A DNA stretch of 64,000 nucleotides from Cycas panzhihuaensis (taxonomy: Eukaryota; Plantae; Cycadophyta), in the NCBI GenBank assembly GCA_023213395.1, contig CM041465.1:69137741-69201740 (forward strand), in the 5' to 3' direction. The position numbers and the translations under genes are program-made. Of the stretch, positions 51,410-64,000 are shown piece by piece (within the stretch, counting starts at the first letter, position 1; every line of letters starts with the position of its first letter). The notes beneath the pieces are model-generated. The model saw only the letters and a program-made list of their open reading frames with translations, ran no database searches and was not told where the DNA came from.

Positions 51410-54400
51410 ATATCATTTTAGTTTACTTCTGTTGACTGGTTTCTCAAGCAGTATCCCATTAAGTTGTTGGAGTCATACTACTCCATTATGTTAAATTTGG
51501 TTTACCTTGTATAGACCAAGCCATTGCAATTTTAACTTTCTTGGCTTTATATGAAATTTACTATCATACAAAAATACGAGATCTTTTTCCTAAAATTGTA
51601 GGACTTTGAGGTATCGATCGTGCTATGCTTTTTATCTCATCTTTTCTACTTTCAGTTCCCATAAGACTCTTACCCAATTTTCATCTAGTTTCATTAAATC
51701 TAAGTGTCGTTGGTCCCATGAATCATCTTTTAACATTCATAGTTCAAATACCACTCGTAAAGTTTTTGTTTAGAATTCTAAAGGAAGTACAACCTCTATT
51801 CCATAGACCAATTGAAATGGAGTTTACTTATGGGGCCTTTCTATTATTGTTTTATTGGCCTATAGAATAAAATTAAGACACTCTGCCTAATCCATTTGTC
51901 TTTAATTATAGATTTTATATAATACCAATTTTAAAATTTTATTTATGCTCTCCACTTGCCCATTTTCTCGTGGATAATATGGAGAAGACTTTAAATGCTA
52001 AATCGAGAATTCCTTTGTAATATGCTTTATTATTTCATTGAGGAAGCTACTTCCTTGATCAGAAATAAATTTTAATGGGAAGCCAAACTAGATGATTGTC
52101 ATTTCATATAAAAATAAGGTTGTACTCTAAGCATCATATGTCCTTGTTACTTTTGCTTCGATCCATTTTATTAAAAAATTAGTCCAAACCCTATTTTTCA
52201 AATGGAGTTAGGGCCAACATAGGGTACAAGGGCATAAAATAATTCTTTTCCAACTTTCCCACTCGTTGGTATGCATCGTAACTACAAACCCATAGTTGTA
52301 CATCTTCAAAAATCATGGGCCACTAGAGTCCTGCCAATAAAATTTTCTTATTTGTAGACGCAATACCTTGATGTCTCGTTATGGCTCCTTTATGGGCTTC
52401 TCTAATGATAACTTCAACTTCGTGCTCTATTATGCATCTCCTTAGGACTTGATTTGGTCCCATCTTGTATAACATTCCCTGGATTAATTGGAAGGGAAAA
52501 TTTTTTCTGATAAAACTTTATTGTTCTATGCACTCCATCCCTCACGGTATTTGTCTTATTACCAGGTACTATGTAATGTCCTCATACCATTTAGAAACTG
52601 CTTTGATGGAGAACAATTCTACATCTGGAAAATGATCATAAATCTCTATTATCGGTTCCTTGTCTGCTTCTCTTAACAACAAGTCTGGGATTGTATGCTT
52701 GGCACCTTTCTTGACTATAATCTTGAAATTAAATTTGTGGAATAACACAAGCCACCTATTGATTCTTCCTTAAACTATAGGCTTATTGATTAAATACTTA
52801 AAGGCATAATGATCTACAAAAAATATAAATAGATTAGCTAGTAAATAATGTCTAAAATTTTAGAGAGTATATACCATGCCCAAGCCTTCATGTTTTGTCA
52901 TGGAGTAATTTTTCTCTGCCTCTATTAATTTCTAACTTACAAAATAAATTGGCAAGTCTGTTTTACCATCTTCTAGATATGTCAATACACATCCAATAAC
53001 AAATAAGGAGGCATCCACATACACATGAAAGGGCTTATCCCAATCCAAAAATCTAAGACTTGGTGCTTGTGCTATCTTTCTTTTCAACAATTCAAATGCT
53101 AAATGCTATTGTAACTTTCATTGCCATTCAATTTTCTTTTTTAACAGGATTTCTAGGGGATTAACTATTTGAGCATAATTTTTTATAAACTTACAAGAGT
53201 AACCTATCATTCCTAAAATTCCTTTAACTTGCCTTTGTGTCTTTAGTATTGAAACATTAAAAATTACTACTACCTTATTGGGATCTGTGAGTAATCCATT
53301 CTTTGTCACTACATGACCCATTAAGGTTCCAAATGGTACCATGTCCAGTCATCCAGAAATACCTCAATTATTTTTCCTATTATCGATTTGAAAATATTAA
53401 GGATTACTTTTCGAAATATAATAAGGGCCTTCGTTAATCTAAATAGCATTACTCTGAATGCATATGTACCCCATTCTATTACAAAGGTCATTTTTAATTA
53501 GTTCTCCAGTATAATTTAAACCTAATTGTACCTATTGAATCTATTTGTGAATGAGTAAACTTCATGTCCTGCCACCTTTTCTAAAATATCCTCTGTGAAG
53601 AGAATTATAAACTTTTTTTTTTTGTTACTTATTTAAGGCTCTGTAGTCGATGTAAACTCTGAGCTTCCTAGTTTTCTTAAGAACAACAATGATAGGACTT
53701 ACCCATTTATCATTTTCAACTTCAAAAGTATAATCTACTTCTAATAGCTTATCAAGCTCAGCTTTGACTTTCTCCTTGTATTTTGGGTTTATGTGGTATA
53801 GTCGTTGCCTAACTGGTTCAACTCCCTCTACTAATTCAATCTTATGTTAACCCAACTTAGGTGGAAGGCATTTTAAATCCTTATAGGACCAGGCAAATAC
53901 ATCCTTATATTCTAAAAATAATAAGGTAGCTTGCTGCACCATTTCCTCATTCCAATAGTCACCCATAATGATCATCTGGGGTTGCTCTTTTGTCGCAATA
54001 TTAATATGCCTTATCTTCATTTTTTCTCCTTGTATTGCTTTGCCATCTAGGATTAATGTATAACCTGGGATGATATCTATGGTACATTCTCCATATTCTA
54101 ATGTAGGATAATTGAGAGGAATGATTTGTGTTTCTTACAAAATATTCCCTTCTTCTTCAACCTCAATCTGAAAATAATGCTTTTCTTTTGTAGAATTCTT
54201 TCCTTTAATTTTTATAAAATTCTTTCAATGTATTCATTTTGACTATAAAAAAGTTTGATACAAATTTTCTACCATCACATCCTATTCTATCAATTTCATT
54301 TTTTCATAGGAATTATACCAGATAGTAGAAGTTCCTTTAAAAGTTGTCCCCCAATATTGAGTCCAATCTTTTTTGGGAATTTCCTCAACTGTCCACTTCT

Positions 54401-56429
54401 AAACACATTTTTGTATATGTAGATGGGGATCATGCCCATTCTAAAATAAAGAAAGTTCATGTTTTTGAAATCTAATCAAAATTTTTTTACTTATTTCTTG
54501 CCAAGAATTAAAATTCTGTGTATATGCATCGTACCAAAATCAAGCTTGTCTTATCAAAGAACAAGGAAACACAAGATACCAGAATTATTGTTGCCATTTA
54601 TTCTTCATTATATTAATGTATTATTCTAGACAACCATTTTATTTAGGTAATTTATAGAATATAGAAGCAAATTTCTTGCACATTCTTTTTTATTTGTAGT
54701 GACTTTGATTATATTTTTTCCTCTCCCTCTTCTTCTAAAGAATCTATGCAAAATTCCAAATGATAACATGAGGCTAATTCTATTTCCTCCCAAGTATTAT
54801 AAAGCTAATTGAACATATAAGATGATGAAAGGTTGTTTGGCAATATGGGTTGTATTTGAAAATCTATTTTAGAATAAGGACTTATTGTGGATTCTATGGT
54901 TGCTATTATGGGTGAAGCTTGATCTTCATCTTCAATCTTTTCTATTTATGGTCCATCTAAGTATAAGGGAAAAGTCACTATCTTTTCTCTTACTAGAAGA
55001 GTGAATGTATGTCTTCCCTATTCTTGGATTACCTTTATAGCCAATAGCCAAGGTCTTCCTAACAAGGCCAGATAAGTCTTCCTTTGATCATGCATTCAAA
55101 CTACTACAAAATCTAATAATACAGTAACCTCTGCTATTGTTACTAGAACATTCAATAACGTACCCATGGACCTTACCCATAATTGATTAGCTAATCTAAT
55201 GGAATAATCCATAACAACCACATTGGGCCTTCCCAAGGCTATCTATGAAGATTTAGGTAATATATTCACTTCTAAGCCCTAGTCCACAATAGTTCTATAT
55301 AAAGTTGTTCCAAAAACTATCATTGGAACTCTGGGGTATATTCTCATATCCTTTATAGCTCTAAGTATAGGTATTTTAATTTGTTCTAGTACTAGTTATT
55401 GAAAGTACTTTGCTCCCACCATTTAAATATTATTGATATAAGAATTAATACTCCTAACTCAATAAGTATATTCTTTATAGTTTACAATAGTTACTAAGGA
55501 TTTATACCTTTTTTGATTATGTCATTCTCCTTTTGTAATACAGGTCTTTAAATCTCTCTTATTGTAACTCTTTCTGTTAAACTTTCCCCATGGCATCATG
55601 AAGGATTTTCAATGCTTCTGACAATCATTGCTTCTTAACATTGGATCTGGAAAGTTATCTTAAGGAGGAGGAGATCCCATTGATTTACCACTATGCATTT
55701 GCAAATATGCTGACTTTTCTTAATTAAAGACGACATCTACTAAATTTTCATTCTGAACTTTATTCTTTGGGTAGTTTACCCATTCGTGGTCTGCCGGCCT
55801 GTATTCTTCATAGATATATTCTCCTCCTTTCTTTTCTAATGGACACTCTAATCTATAATGTCCCCATATTTGACATAGAAAATAACGAATCAATCTTATT
55901 TTCCCTTTATATTATTTTGAAATTCCACATTCAACTCGTTGTGAATACATATTATGAACTTTAACTTTATTATTTTTGGGTCTAAAATAACATTAACATG
56001 GATTATAGTTACTTCTTTGACAATTATCACACTATTTCATTAATCCTCAATGTTTATTTTTCAAGTGCCCTTGTTCATTACAAGATGTGGGACACCAGAT
56101 ATTCTCCCTTGATTTTTCAAGTTGTAAATGTGATAACTTTATATGTAGCTTTTCCAACCCTTGATTTTGTTACATATTGTTGGGATAGAAATTGAAGCTT
56201 GCTACTTTAATGCTTCTACCTCCTTTTTCAAAGCTTCGATTTATGGGTTAGTCCTTATCTATGACATTTGTATAAGTTATGTTGTAATGTCTGTTATCGA
56301 AAAATATATTGAGGATTACGTCACCATCTAGGAGTAGGTTAATTTCATTTGATTTTCAAACTTCAACGCTAACTCCTTTACTTGTTCATAACTGTTCATT
56401 GGATGCAGCATCACTTTATCTTTGAGCTA
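51410..56429 (-). pseudogene. E gag(3' part)-pol, heavily decayed
   Basis: Integrase tail WLGLYKV...NG...LQQLNG...VN.SKLK; RT and RNase H remnants 52700-53900; protease 55020-55340. Confidence 0.85.
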
Positions 56430-57045
56430 TGTGTGTGCCTCTCTCTAACTTTCCTACATGCAGATTCATATGGAAAAAGACACATTTGGTAAGAACATCA
56501 AGAACCATTTTATTCATGACAAAAGGGACTGCGTCTAGTCCTCTCACAACCAGATGTATGCCAGAACAATTACAACTAAAGGACTGGCTGCCCAATACGT
56601 GGGTTACAGGCCAGACCAATCAGATGTCAAGGAATACACACCCCATGATCTCTATTCTTGTTCTTTATATGTAACGTGTATATAGTTACATAACTGTTTC
56701 AAAATTATCCTGTCTTAACTAATTTGCCCGTGCTGCACGCCCTGCGCCCATGGTCTGCACCGACCCGCGATCGATCGCGATGGCGGCAACAGCCGCGCGA
56801 TCGCAACCCGCGATAGCGTAGTTGCGGTCATCAACAAGCACACAATAGCGAGTTGCCGCCATCGTGAATAAAGAATAATCACATCGCGGCAGCGACCATA
56901 GTCACGATCGCGGCGATGGCGGCCACAACCACGAAGATGACCACAACCGTAGCGATAAAGAATAAGATTAGTAGTAGTCATCGTAGTTATAGTTTTAACC
57001 ATAGTTACAACCATGCCTCCAAAAGTTGCTATTAACCAGCACACA
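56430..57045 (-). repeat. 3' LTR of F with CpG-rich core
   Basis: 7-bp terminal inverted repeat TGTGTGC/GCACACA; adjacent PPT. Confidence 0.85.
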
Positions 57046-57152
57046 TCTTCCCGGTCACCTCTTTTGAATGAGTAACATACTCGTTCACAAAATTTCTATT
57101 ATTACTTTACTTAATTTCTTCTTTGGGCCTCCTTAATCTTCATCCTTTCCCT

Positions 57153-58769
57153 TCATATATATTCCATTTTTGGTTTTACTATATGAGGAGGTATTTTCAA
57201 TCCATTTCTTTTCAGGTATTCACATAACATAGCAACATCTTGCATAGTATCCAGCAGTGCTAAAGTTGGTTGTTCCCTCGATTGCAGCTGATCAATTTCT
57301 TGATTTAGCTCATTATTAACTCTCTCTGTTAACTCTAATTGATCTTTGTATGCATTACATTCTCTCCATAAATTTTTGCACCGTTCTATTTCTTCATCTG
57401 CCTTTATAATCCATGCTCCCAGCCGGTGATAAACTTGCTGCATATCTGCCAAAATGTACCTATCAAATCTCTTCTTGAACTCCTCTACCTGTGGTCTGAC
57501 CTCATTTATGTTGTCCACCCAATCCATTATAAACTTTTTTAAAGAGTTCAATTTCTCCTCTGTAATTTGGTGAATCTGTTTTAGGGATTCTTCTAATGGT
57601 TTAGCCCTACTTTCTAATTCCGTAACCAACTGCCTGGTTACTTTCACCAGAAATGTTGTCTTCCAATTTGTTATATCCTAGGCGTCACATTCCATTGGGT
57701 CTAACCCTTCTAAAATTTCCTTGTCTACATTAAATTCCACTTTTGGTGGCTAATTATTTAACTTTTTTATTATCTCTTTCTTCCTTTTTTCTTGTGCTAG
57801 CCTTCTTCTTTTCTGCCTTTGTTCTTCATCTTCTACTATTACTGTTTCCTCAACTCTTTCTTCTCCTCCTTCCTCCTCCACTGGTTCTGACTTTGGAACT
57901 TTGACTACTTCTTCTCTCAATGAATTGGCTCCTTTCTCCTAGTTCACCTTTTCTTTCCCTTTCTGAGTTGTATGATATTGTATTCCTGACGTTACTTGAT
58001 GCATTTGATACAATTTCTGTATCCAATGTTGGACCTGTCCTTGTTTTTTTTCCCAGTCTTCTCCACTATCATCCGTCCAACAAGCTAGTGGTGAATGTTC
58101 CCTATTTCCCTTTAGCATGCTGATTTCTGGACATTGAAATAGAAGTAAGCCTTGTAGGATAATTACGTAATAAAATGGAACAGTCTTGCTGGATTCCAAA
58201 ATTGCCTACAAACTTATCTGTATTTTTTCTTTCACAAACTTTACCCAATTTAAGACTCTTCCTTGGGCTACATGATTCACCATTGTTCTTAAATTACTAG
58301 GTATAAATGTACTCTTTTAGGTAAGCATGATTTTGGTAAAAATAAAATGTGCTATCAAGCGTTTCTCTATAACTCATATCCATGCTATCCTGATACCTAA
58401 AGTAGAAGCGTCTTTGCTTTCTGCCCCGATGATTCTTGCCGCTTCTTCCTGAGATATTAGAGTATCTCTCCTAATTTCTGCACCTTCTTTTGGAAGTCCT
58501 ATCACCGCTGCTATCATTTCCTCCGAGATTTGTACCATCTCTGGATATTTAGCTAATAACAGAAGTATTGTCTGTAAAAACTTTTCAGCATTAGGCAGAA
58601 CTCCTAACATAATAAATTTATGTAATCTAGCCTTTATAATAAGTTTCCTTCTTTTATCATCTTCTCTCATAGTTCGCCATTCTGCGCGCACCCTGAAGTC
58701 ATCACTTTCTTTAATTAAAAGTGTTTGCGACATTTTTCCCTTATCGTTACTTTTAGGATTTATACCCAC
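57153..58769 (-). pseudogene. F extra 3' ORF (about 538 codons, one frame, six internal stops); helical N-domain, acidic linker with NLS-like patch, coiled-coil C-terminus
   Basis: ORF-track pieces 58374-58769, 57939-58199 and 57153-57647 share one frame; the gaps translate through with only TGA/TAA/TAG stops; motifs ISEEMIAAVIGLPKEG, VLNWVKFV, QKRRRLAQEKRKK. Confidence 0.88.
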
Positions 58770-58951
58770 TTATAATTACGCCTGTGAATCTTTCCATAAT
58801 TCTGCTCTCCGAAGTCATTTGTCACTGCTACTTGAGTTTATTCATTACTGCTACCTTCACAATCGTTACTTCTATCTATGCGGACTCAAATTAATTCGAT
58901 ACTACTGCCTCTACAACCGTTGCTACTACCTCTGCAATCGCCTCTGCAATG

Positions 58952-59050
58952 TCGAATTTGTCTATCTGTGCAACTAACTCGAATTTGTCCGTCTCTGCAA
59001 CCACCTTGAATTTATCCTTCTCTGCAACTACCTCGAATTTGTCCTTCTCA
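58952..59050. repeat. 27-bp tandem repeat, about 3.7 copies (TCGAATTTGTCCTTCTCTGCAACTACC)
   Basis: Units start at 58952, 58979, 59006 and 59033. Confidence 0.9.
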
Positions 59051-59463
59051 GAAATTAATGTTGTACCTCATGTGTTCTTTTCTGTACTGCACAGCGCCGT
59101 TGCATTATATTTCATTCTGCTTTGTATACATCCTGAATTATGTGGGTTGTTTTCTCACCGTTGTTTTGCGATTTAGGCTGTTTCATAGCCTTGCCATTCC
59201 GTGTGGCGAGTTTACATTACATTTCATCATAACTAGGCAGTTATGAAGAGATCGTTATGTGTCACATCTGCACTTTTCGCACCTTCCCCGTATCTTAATC
59301 CTTCCTGATTAAGACATTTACGTCTAGTCGCACCTTCTTACGTGCTTGTACGGCTTACTTTATTTCCCATTGATTAATACTGTGGATATTTTTCATGCTT
59401 ATAGTGTCTTTACTAGGAATAATTGTTCCTTAGTTAATGATGTTCCCACTTTTTTTTTCTTTT

Positions 59464-62400
59464 TTACATTCTATACAATTTTAACCTACTGCCATTGACT
59501 AATTTAATCAATGGATATCCATCCAATTGTTGTAATTTTATGGCTCCATTATCATGAATACAATCAATCTTATATGGACCTAACTATCGTATTTTCATTT
59601 TGCTGAGTTTAAACTTAAATTTACTATCATACAATAATACTAAATCATTTATCTTAAAGTCAGGTTTTTTAAGGTAGCGGTCATACCATGCCTTTCACCT
59701 TTTCTTTTCCACTTTTATTTCCCATAATACTTGTGCTCTAGTCTCATCTAGCTTCATTAATTAGATCAATCATTGATCATAGAAAATTTCTGGGTCTTCC
59801 CTGAGATGTTGAGCCACTCTCAAGCTTTCTGCTTGAAATTCTAGAAGAACCACAGCTTCCAATCTGTAAACTAGTTGAAATGGGGTCTGTTTATGTGATA
59901 TTTTCTTCATTGTTCTATCTGCCCATAGGACTGAATGCAAATTTTCTGCCCAATTAGTTCGTTGTCCATTACAAATTTTCATCAAGGCAATCTTCAAGAT
60001 TTTATTTGTACTTTCTACTTGACCATTTACTCTGGGATAATATGGCGAAGACTTGCCATGTTGAATAAAAAATTCTATGGTTAAGTATTTGATTGTCTAA
60101 TTCAAAAAAGTGCTTCCTTGATTTGATATAATTTCCAAGGGACATCCGAATCTTATTATGATGATTTCATATAAGAAGTGAGTTGTGCTTCTTGCATCAC
60201 ATTTCTTCATTGGTTTAGCCTTGGTCCATTTGGTCAAGAAGTCTGTGGCCACTAATATATATCTTGCATTTGTCCTTCTGGCCAGGGGACTGATTGGTCC
60301 TACAAAATCCAATCCCCATTTTTCAAATGGAGCTTGGGCTAGTATAGGATGAAGAGGCATAAAATTCTGCTTTGATGGCTTCCCTACTCGTTGACAGATA
60401 TCACAGGATTTTACCCACCTTTCAACATCTTCGAACAGTGTTGGCCACCATAACCCTACTGTCAATATTTTTCTTACTGTGGCTTCTCCTCCTTGATGGG
60501 ATGAAGCTATCCTTTCATGGGATTCCCTTAGGACCAGCTCTACTTCATGTTGAAGTATGCACCTCTGCAGAACTTCATGAGGCCCTAGCTTATATAACAT
60601 ACCACCTATCAGTTGGAATGGAAAAGTTTTTTTAATAAAACTTCTCCTTTCTGCCTTTTCCATCACTTGAGGTGCTTATCCCGTAACTAGATATTCTGTA
60701 ATTCCCTCATACCAAGCTAGAACGACTTCAATTGAAAATAGTTTGTGGTCTGGAAAGTCATCAAACACTCCTTCACTCGACTCTCCTTCTTTTATTCTAG
60801 ACAACTGATATGGTATAACATGTTTTTCTCCTTTCTTAACTACAATTTTGAACATGAATTCTTGGAATAACATTAGCCAACGACTAATTCTTTCTTACAA
60901 TATTAGTTTATTAACTAAATACTACAAAGCTTGATGATCTACAAAAAATACAAATGGATTTGCCAACAAATAATATCGAAACTTTTGCAAGGCATACACC
61001 ATGCCTAATCCTTCACGTTCTGTAACTATATAGTTACGTTCCATAGATGACAACTTCCTGCTGGCAAAAACAATTAGGAGATCGATTTTCTCATCTGTTG
61101 GTTGAGCCAACACACATCCAATGGCATATAGTGATGTATCCACATGTATATGGAATGGTTTATTCCAATCTGGAAACTTAAGCATAGGGGCTTCCACTAT
61201 CTTTTTCTTCAAAGCATCGAAAGATAGTTGCTACTGTATAGTCCATTCCTATTTTACCGTTTTCTTCAGTAAGGACTCCAAGGGATAGGCTATCCGAGCA
61301 TACCCTTTTATGAATTTCTGATAGTATCCAGTTATACCCAAAAAACCCTTCAAATTTTTTGGGTTTTGTGATACTGGAAACTTTAGAATTACTTCCACCT
61401 TAGCCAGATCTGTCATCAATCCTTCCTTAGAGACAATGTATCCCAACAAGGATCCAAATGGTACCATAAAGGTACATTTATTCAAGTTTAGGCACAATCT
61501 ATATTCCCTACATAATTCTAGCATTAACCTTAGTTAGAGTAGGTGGTCTTGTGATCGACTGTACAAAGTCCAATCATCCAAAAACACCTCAATTACTTTT
61601 CCTAGCAACTTCTTGAAGATTTTTAGAATAATCCTCTGGAATGTTGCAGGAGCATTTGTTAGCCCAAATGACATGACCCTATATGCATAAGTGCCCCATT
61701 CTATGACGAATGTTGTCTTTAACTGATCTTCTAGTGCAATCTGGACTTGATTATATCCACTGAAACCATCTGTGAATGAAAACATTTCATGCCCTGCCAC
61801 CTTCTCCAACACATCTTCTGTGAAGGGAATAGGGAATAGATCTTTCTTTGTGGCTTTATTTAAAGCCTTGTAATCCACGCAGATGCAGAGTTTCCCGTTC
61901 TTCTTAGGCACCACCACTACTGGGCTGACCCATTCATTGTTTTCTACTTCAAAGATATAATTGGCTTCCAGCAGCTTATCCAACTCCATCTTTACTCATT
62001 CCTTATAATGTGGGTTCATCCTGTAAGGTCTATGCCTTACTGGTCTTGCATTTTCCATTAATTCTATTTTATGCTCACCCACGTCTGGAGGGATTCCCTT
62101 TAGGTCCTTGTAGGACCATGCAAAAACATCCTTGAATTCAAGAAAATGTGATGTTGCTTTTTGCATTATCTTGGGCTCCCAATAATCACCTATTTATATC
62201 CATTTTGGATTTCCTTCCATTCTAACATTAATGGATTTTAGTTGGGGTTTTCTCCCTTGTACTGTTTTCCCATCTGGGTTTAATTCATAGGCCAGTGTTT
62301 CATAAATTTCCTTGTATCCATATTCTGTAAAAGAATATGTTTGTGGAAAGTTTCTTATTTCTTCCTAATTTGATTGACAACTATTTTCCCTTTCTACAAA

Positions 62401-64000
62401 AGAGACATTCTTTTGTTTAATCAAACAATTTTTTTCTGCCACATTACCAGACAAATCATACAAGCAATTGTGCTGAATTTTATTAAGAGAGGAAATTACA
62501 ATATCTTCTTTTGAATTTTCTATTACAATGTTACCTTTTCCACTTGGTTCAATTTCATCTAGACACAAATCAATGAGATAGCATCTTAAGGATTTTTCTC
62601 CTATTTCTTCCCAAGCAAACGCAACCAATCCAACAAATATGTAGATGAAGCTTCGCTTACAATTTGTGGAGGGGTCTTCAGGGCTTGAAATGTCATCTCC
62701 AAATAAGGACTTATTGTTGTAGTTACTCATTCAGTTATCAAGGACAATCTATCATCATCTTCTACTTTTTCAATGTGTGGTCCATCTGAGTAAAGAGGCA
62801 ATACGACTTTCTTTCCTATAGAATATAAAGTGAAAGTCAGCTTTCCCCAATCTTGCAAAGCCTCTGTTGCCAATAGCCATGGTCATCCTAGGAGTGCAGG
62901 ATATGTTTTATTGTGATCCTGCATTCTTACAACTACAAATTCTAAGCAAACCGTAATTCATGCCACCGTTACTAGGATATTCAGCAAAGATCCCATTGGT
63001 CGAACTTGCAACTGGTTAGCTAACCGAATTGCATAATCTGGGGAAACCAATTTCGGCCGTCCCAATGAAATCCATGTGGATTCAGGAAGTACATTCACTC
63101 CTAATCCACTATCCACTACTATTTTACATATCATTGTTCTGAACAGAATCATTGGAACTCTTGGATCAATTGTATCCATCTTTGTAGTTCGCAACACTGC
63201 CTTTTCCATGTGATCTAAAAAGTAACTAGCTTCCCACCATTTAAAGATAATGGTTATAGGAATAGATATACCTGATTCCATTAATAACTCTTTTATCTCT
63301 TGCAATTTTTACCACGGATTCTTATCCAATCGTTCTTCGTGTACTGGTGATCACCTTTGGTACACTTGTCCTTTGAACCAGTTTACTTATTCCAATTCAT
63401 CTATCTATACAGTCCTTGTAGCCTCTTGTATAGTTTTGACAGCCTCTTGTAATCTTTCTTTTTCCACTACTACATCCGAAAAGTTATTACTACTTGCTGT
63501 GTCTATGACCTTTCTGCTTCTTGTTTGAATATATACTGGTTTCTCCTTATCTGGAATTTTTGTAGCCAGATTTGAAGTTTGCACTTTCAGACTAGAATTC
63601 TTTGGGCAATTTGCCCATTCATGGTCTGCCGACCCACACTCTTCATAGATATAGTCTTTTCCTTGCTTCTGCAATAGACAATCTATCCTGAAATGCCCCC
63701 ATCTTGAACACAAATGATAGTGAACTGGATTTGTCTTTCCTTTATATTATTTGAAAGAAGAATTCTCTTTCTTTTGATAAAAGGATTCCCTTACTGGATT
63801 TCTGTGGTAACATTCCCATGTATAGTGGTTTCCTCTTTTGCAGATTTTGTACCATTTTCTTTCCATTTACTGATGTTCATTTTTAAAGTGGCCTGGTTGT
63901 CCATAGGAGGAGGGCACCATATATTTTCTTGAGATTTTTCCATTTTCAATTTGGCTATTTCCATTCTTAATTTTTCAATTTCTTCTTTCTGCTGATTTAT
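59464..64000 (-). pseudogene. F gag-pol, broken by stops and frameshifts
   Basis: CSRWGHFRIDC and CGSADHEWANC knuckles; VVDSGLGVNVL; SPVVVVPKKNGKLCICVDY...FLDD; HVDTS...ERE; WGLDFVGP; VNGSRLKLY then stop at 59464. Confidence 0.95.

Larger units (their letters stand above)
47784..56429 (-). mobile_element. Element E: old non-chromovirus Ty3/gypsy (Athila/Phygy/Selgy-like) with 3' extra ORF and tandem array; gag interrupted by F
   Basis: 3' LTR about 47784-48158 (TGTGTGC start; shares TCTCACAACCAGA with F LTR; then CTCTCCC PPT); decayed IN-RH-RT-PR at about 51410-55400, collinear with F (e.g. MVPFGTLMGHVV...). Confidence 0.88.
56430..64000 (-). mobile_element. Element F: non-chromovirus Ty3/gypsy related to E, inserted in E gag; 5' end outside the window
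   Basis: 3' LTR 56430/56432-57045 (TGTGTGC...GCACACA) then PPT TCTTCCC; gag knuckles, protease VDSG, RT FLDD, RNase H, integrase; no chromodomain and no second RNase H seen. Confidence 0.93.

Noticed and set aside
56715-57044. 109-aa ORF in the F LTR
   Set aside because: Low-complexity translation of the CpG island; no supporting evidence.
57749-58322. Programmed readthrough at two stops shared by the E and F extra ORFs (LN[N/S]*P, L[T/S]*K)
   Set aside because: Both are simply explained as independent C-to-T changes at conserved Gln codons; one site is TAA in F and TAG in E.
57153-58769. Retroviral envelope gene
   Set aside because: Position fits, but no signal peptide or clear transmembrane anchor was seen (only a short hydrophobic stretch, FYYVIILQGLLLF), and there is an NLS-like patch.

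Overview
Eukaryotic plant DNA, most likely a gymnosperm (inferred from the element types and the apparent giant intron), made almost entirely of retrotransposons. 1-2870 is a degenerate L1 LINE. 3895-33047 is a nest of five LTR elements, four levels deep: old copia-like O contains copia A; A contains copia B and copia D; B contains a young Reina/IFG-like chromovirus C. LTR divergences, counted by eye, fall with nesting depth (about 17%, 11%, 6%, 2%, 0.4%). 33895-34130 looks like the last coding exon of a host gene, which would place the whole nest inside an intron of at least 34 kb. The right half holds a 362-bp TRIM, a solo LTR, LTR remnants and two related non-chromovirus Ty3/gypsy elements (E, with F nested in E). 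Best candidate for an undescribed system: E and F both carry, 3' of pol, a tandem-repeat block with a TGCAAC core (in E, about 35 copies of the palindrome GTTGCAAC, which also occurs in its LTR), followed by a sense extra ORF of about 540 codons. The ORF is conserved at protein level and looks nuclear (NLS-like patch, coiled coil) rather than envelope-like. Also unusual: copia B is flanked by a 361-bp duplication instead of a 5-bp TSD. All counts are manual and no database searches were run.
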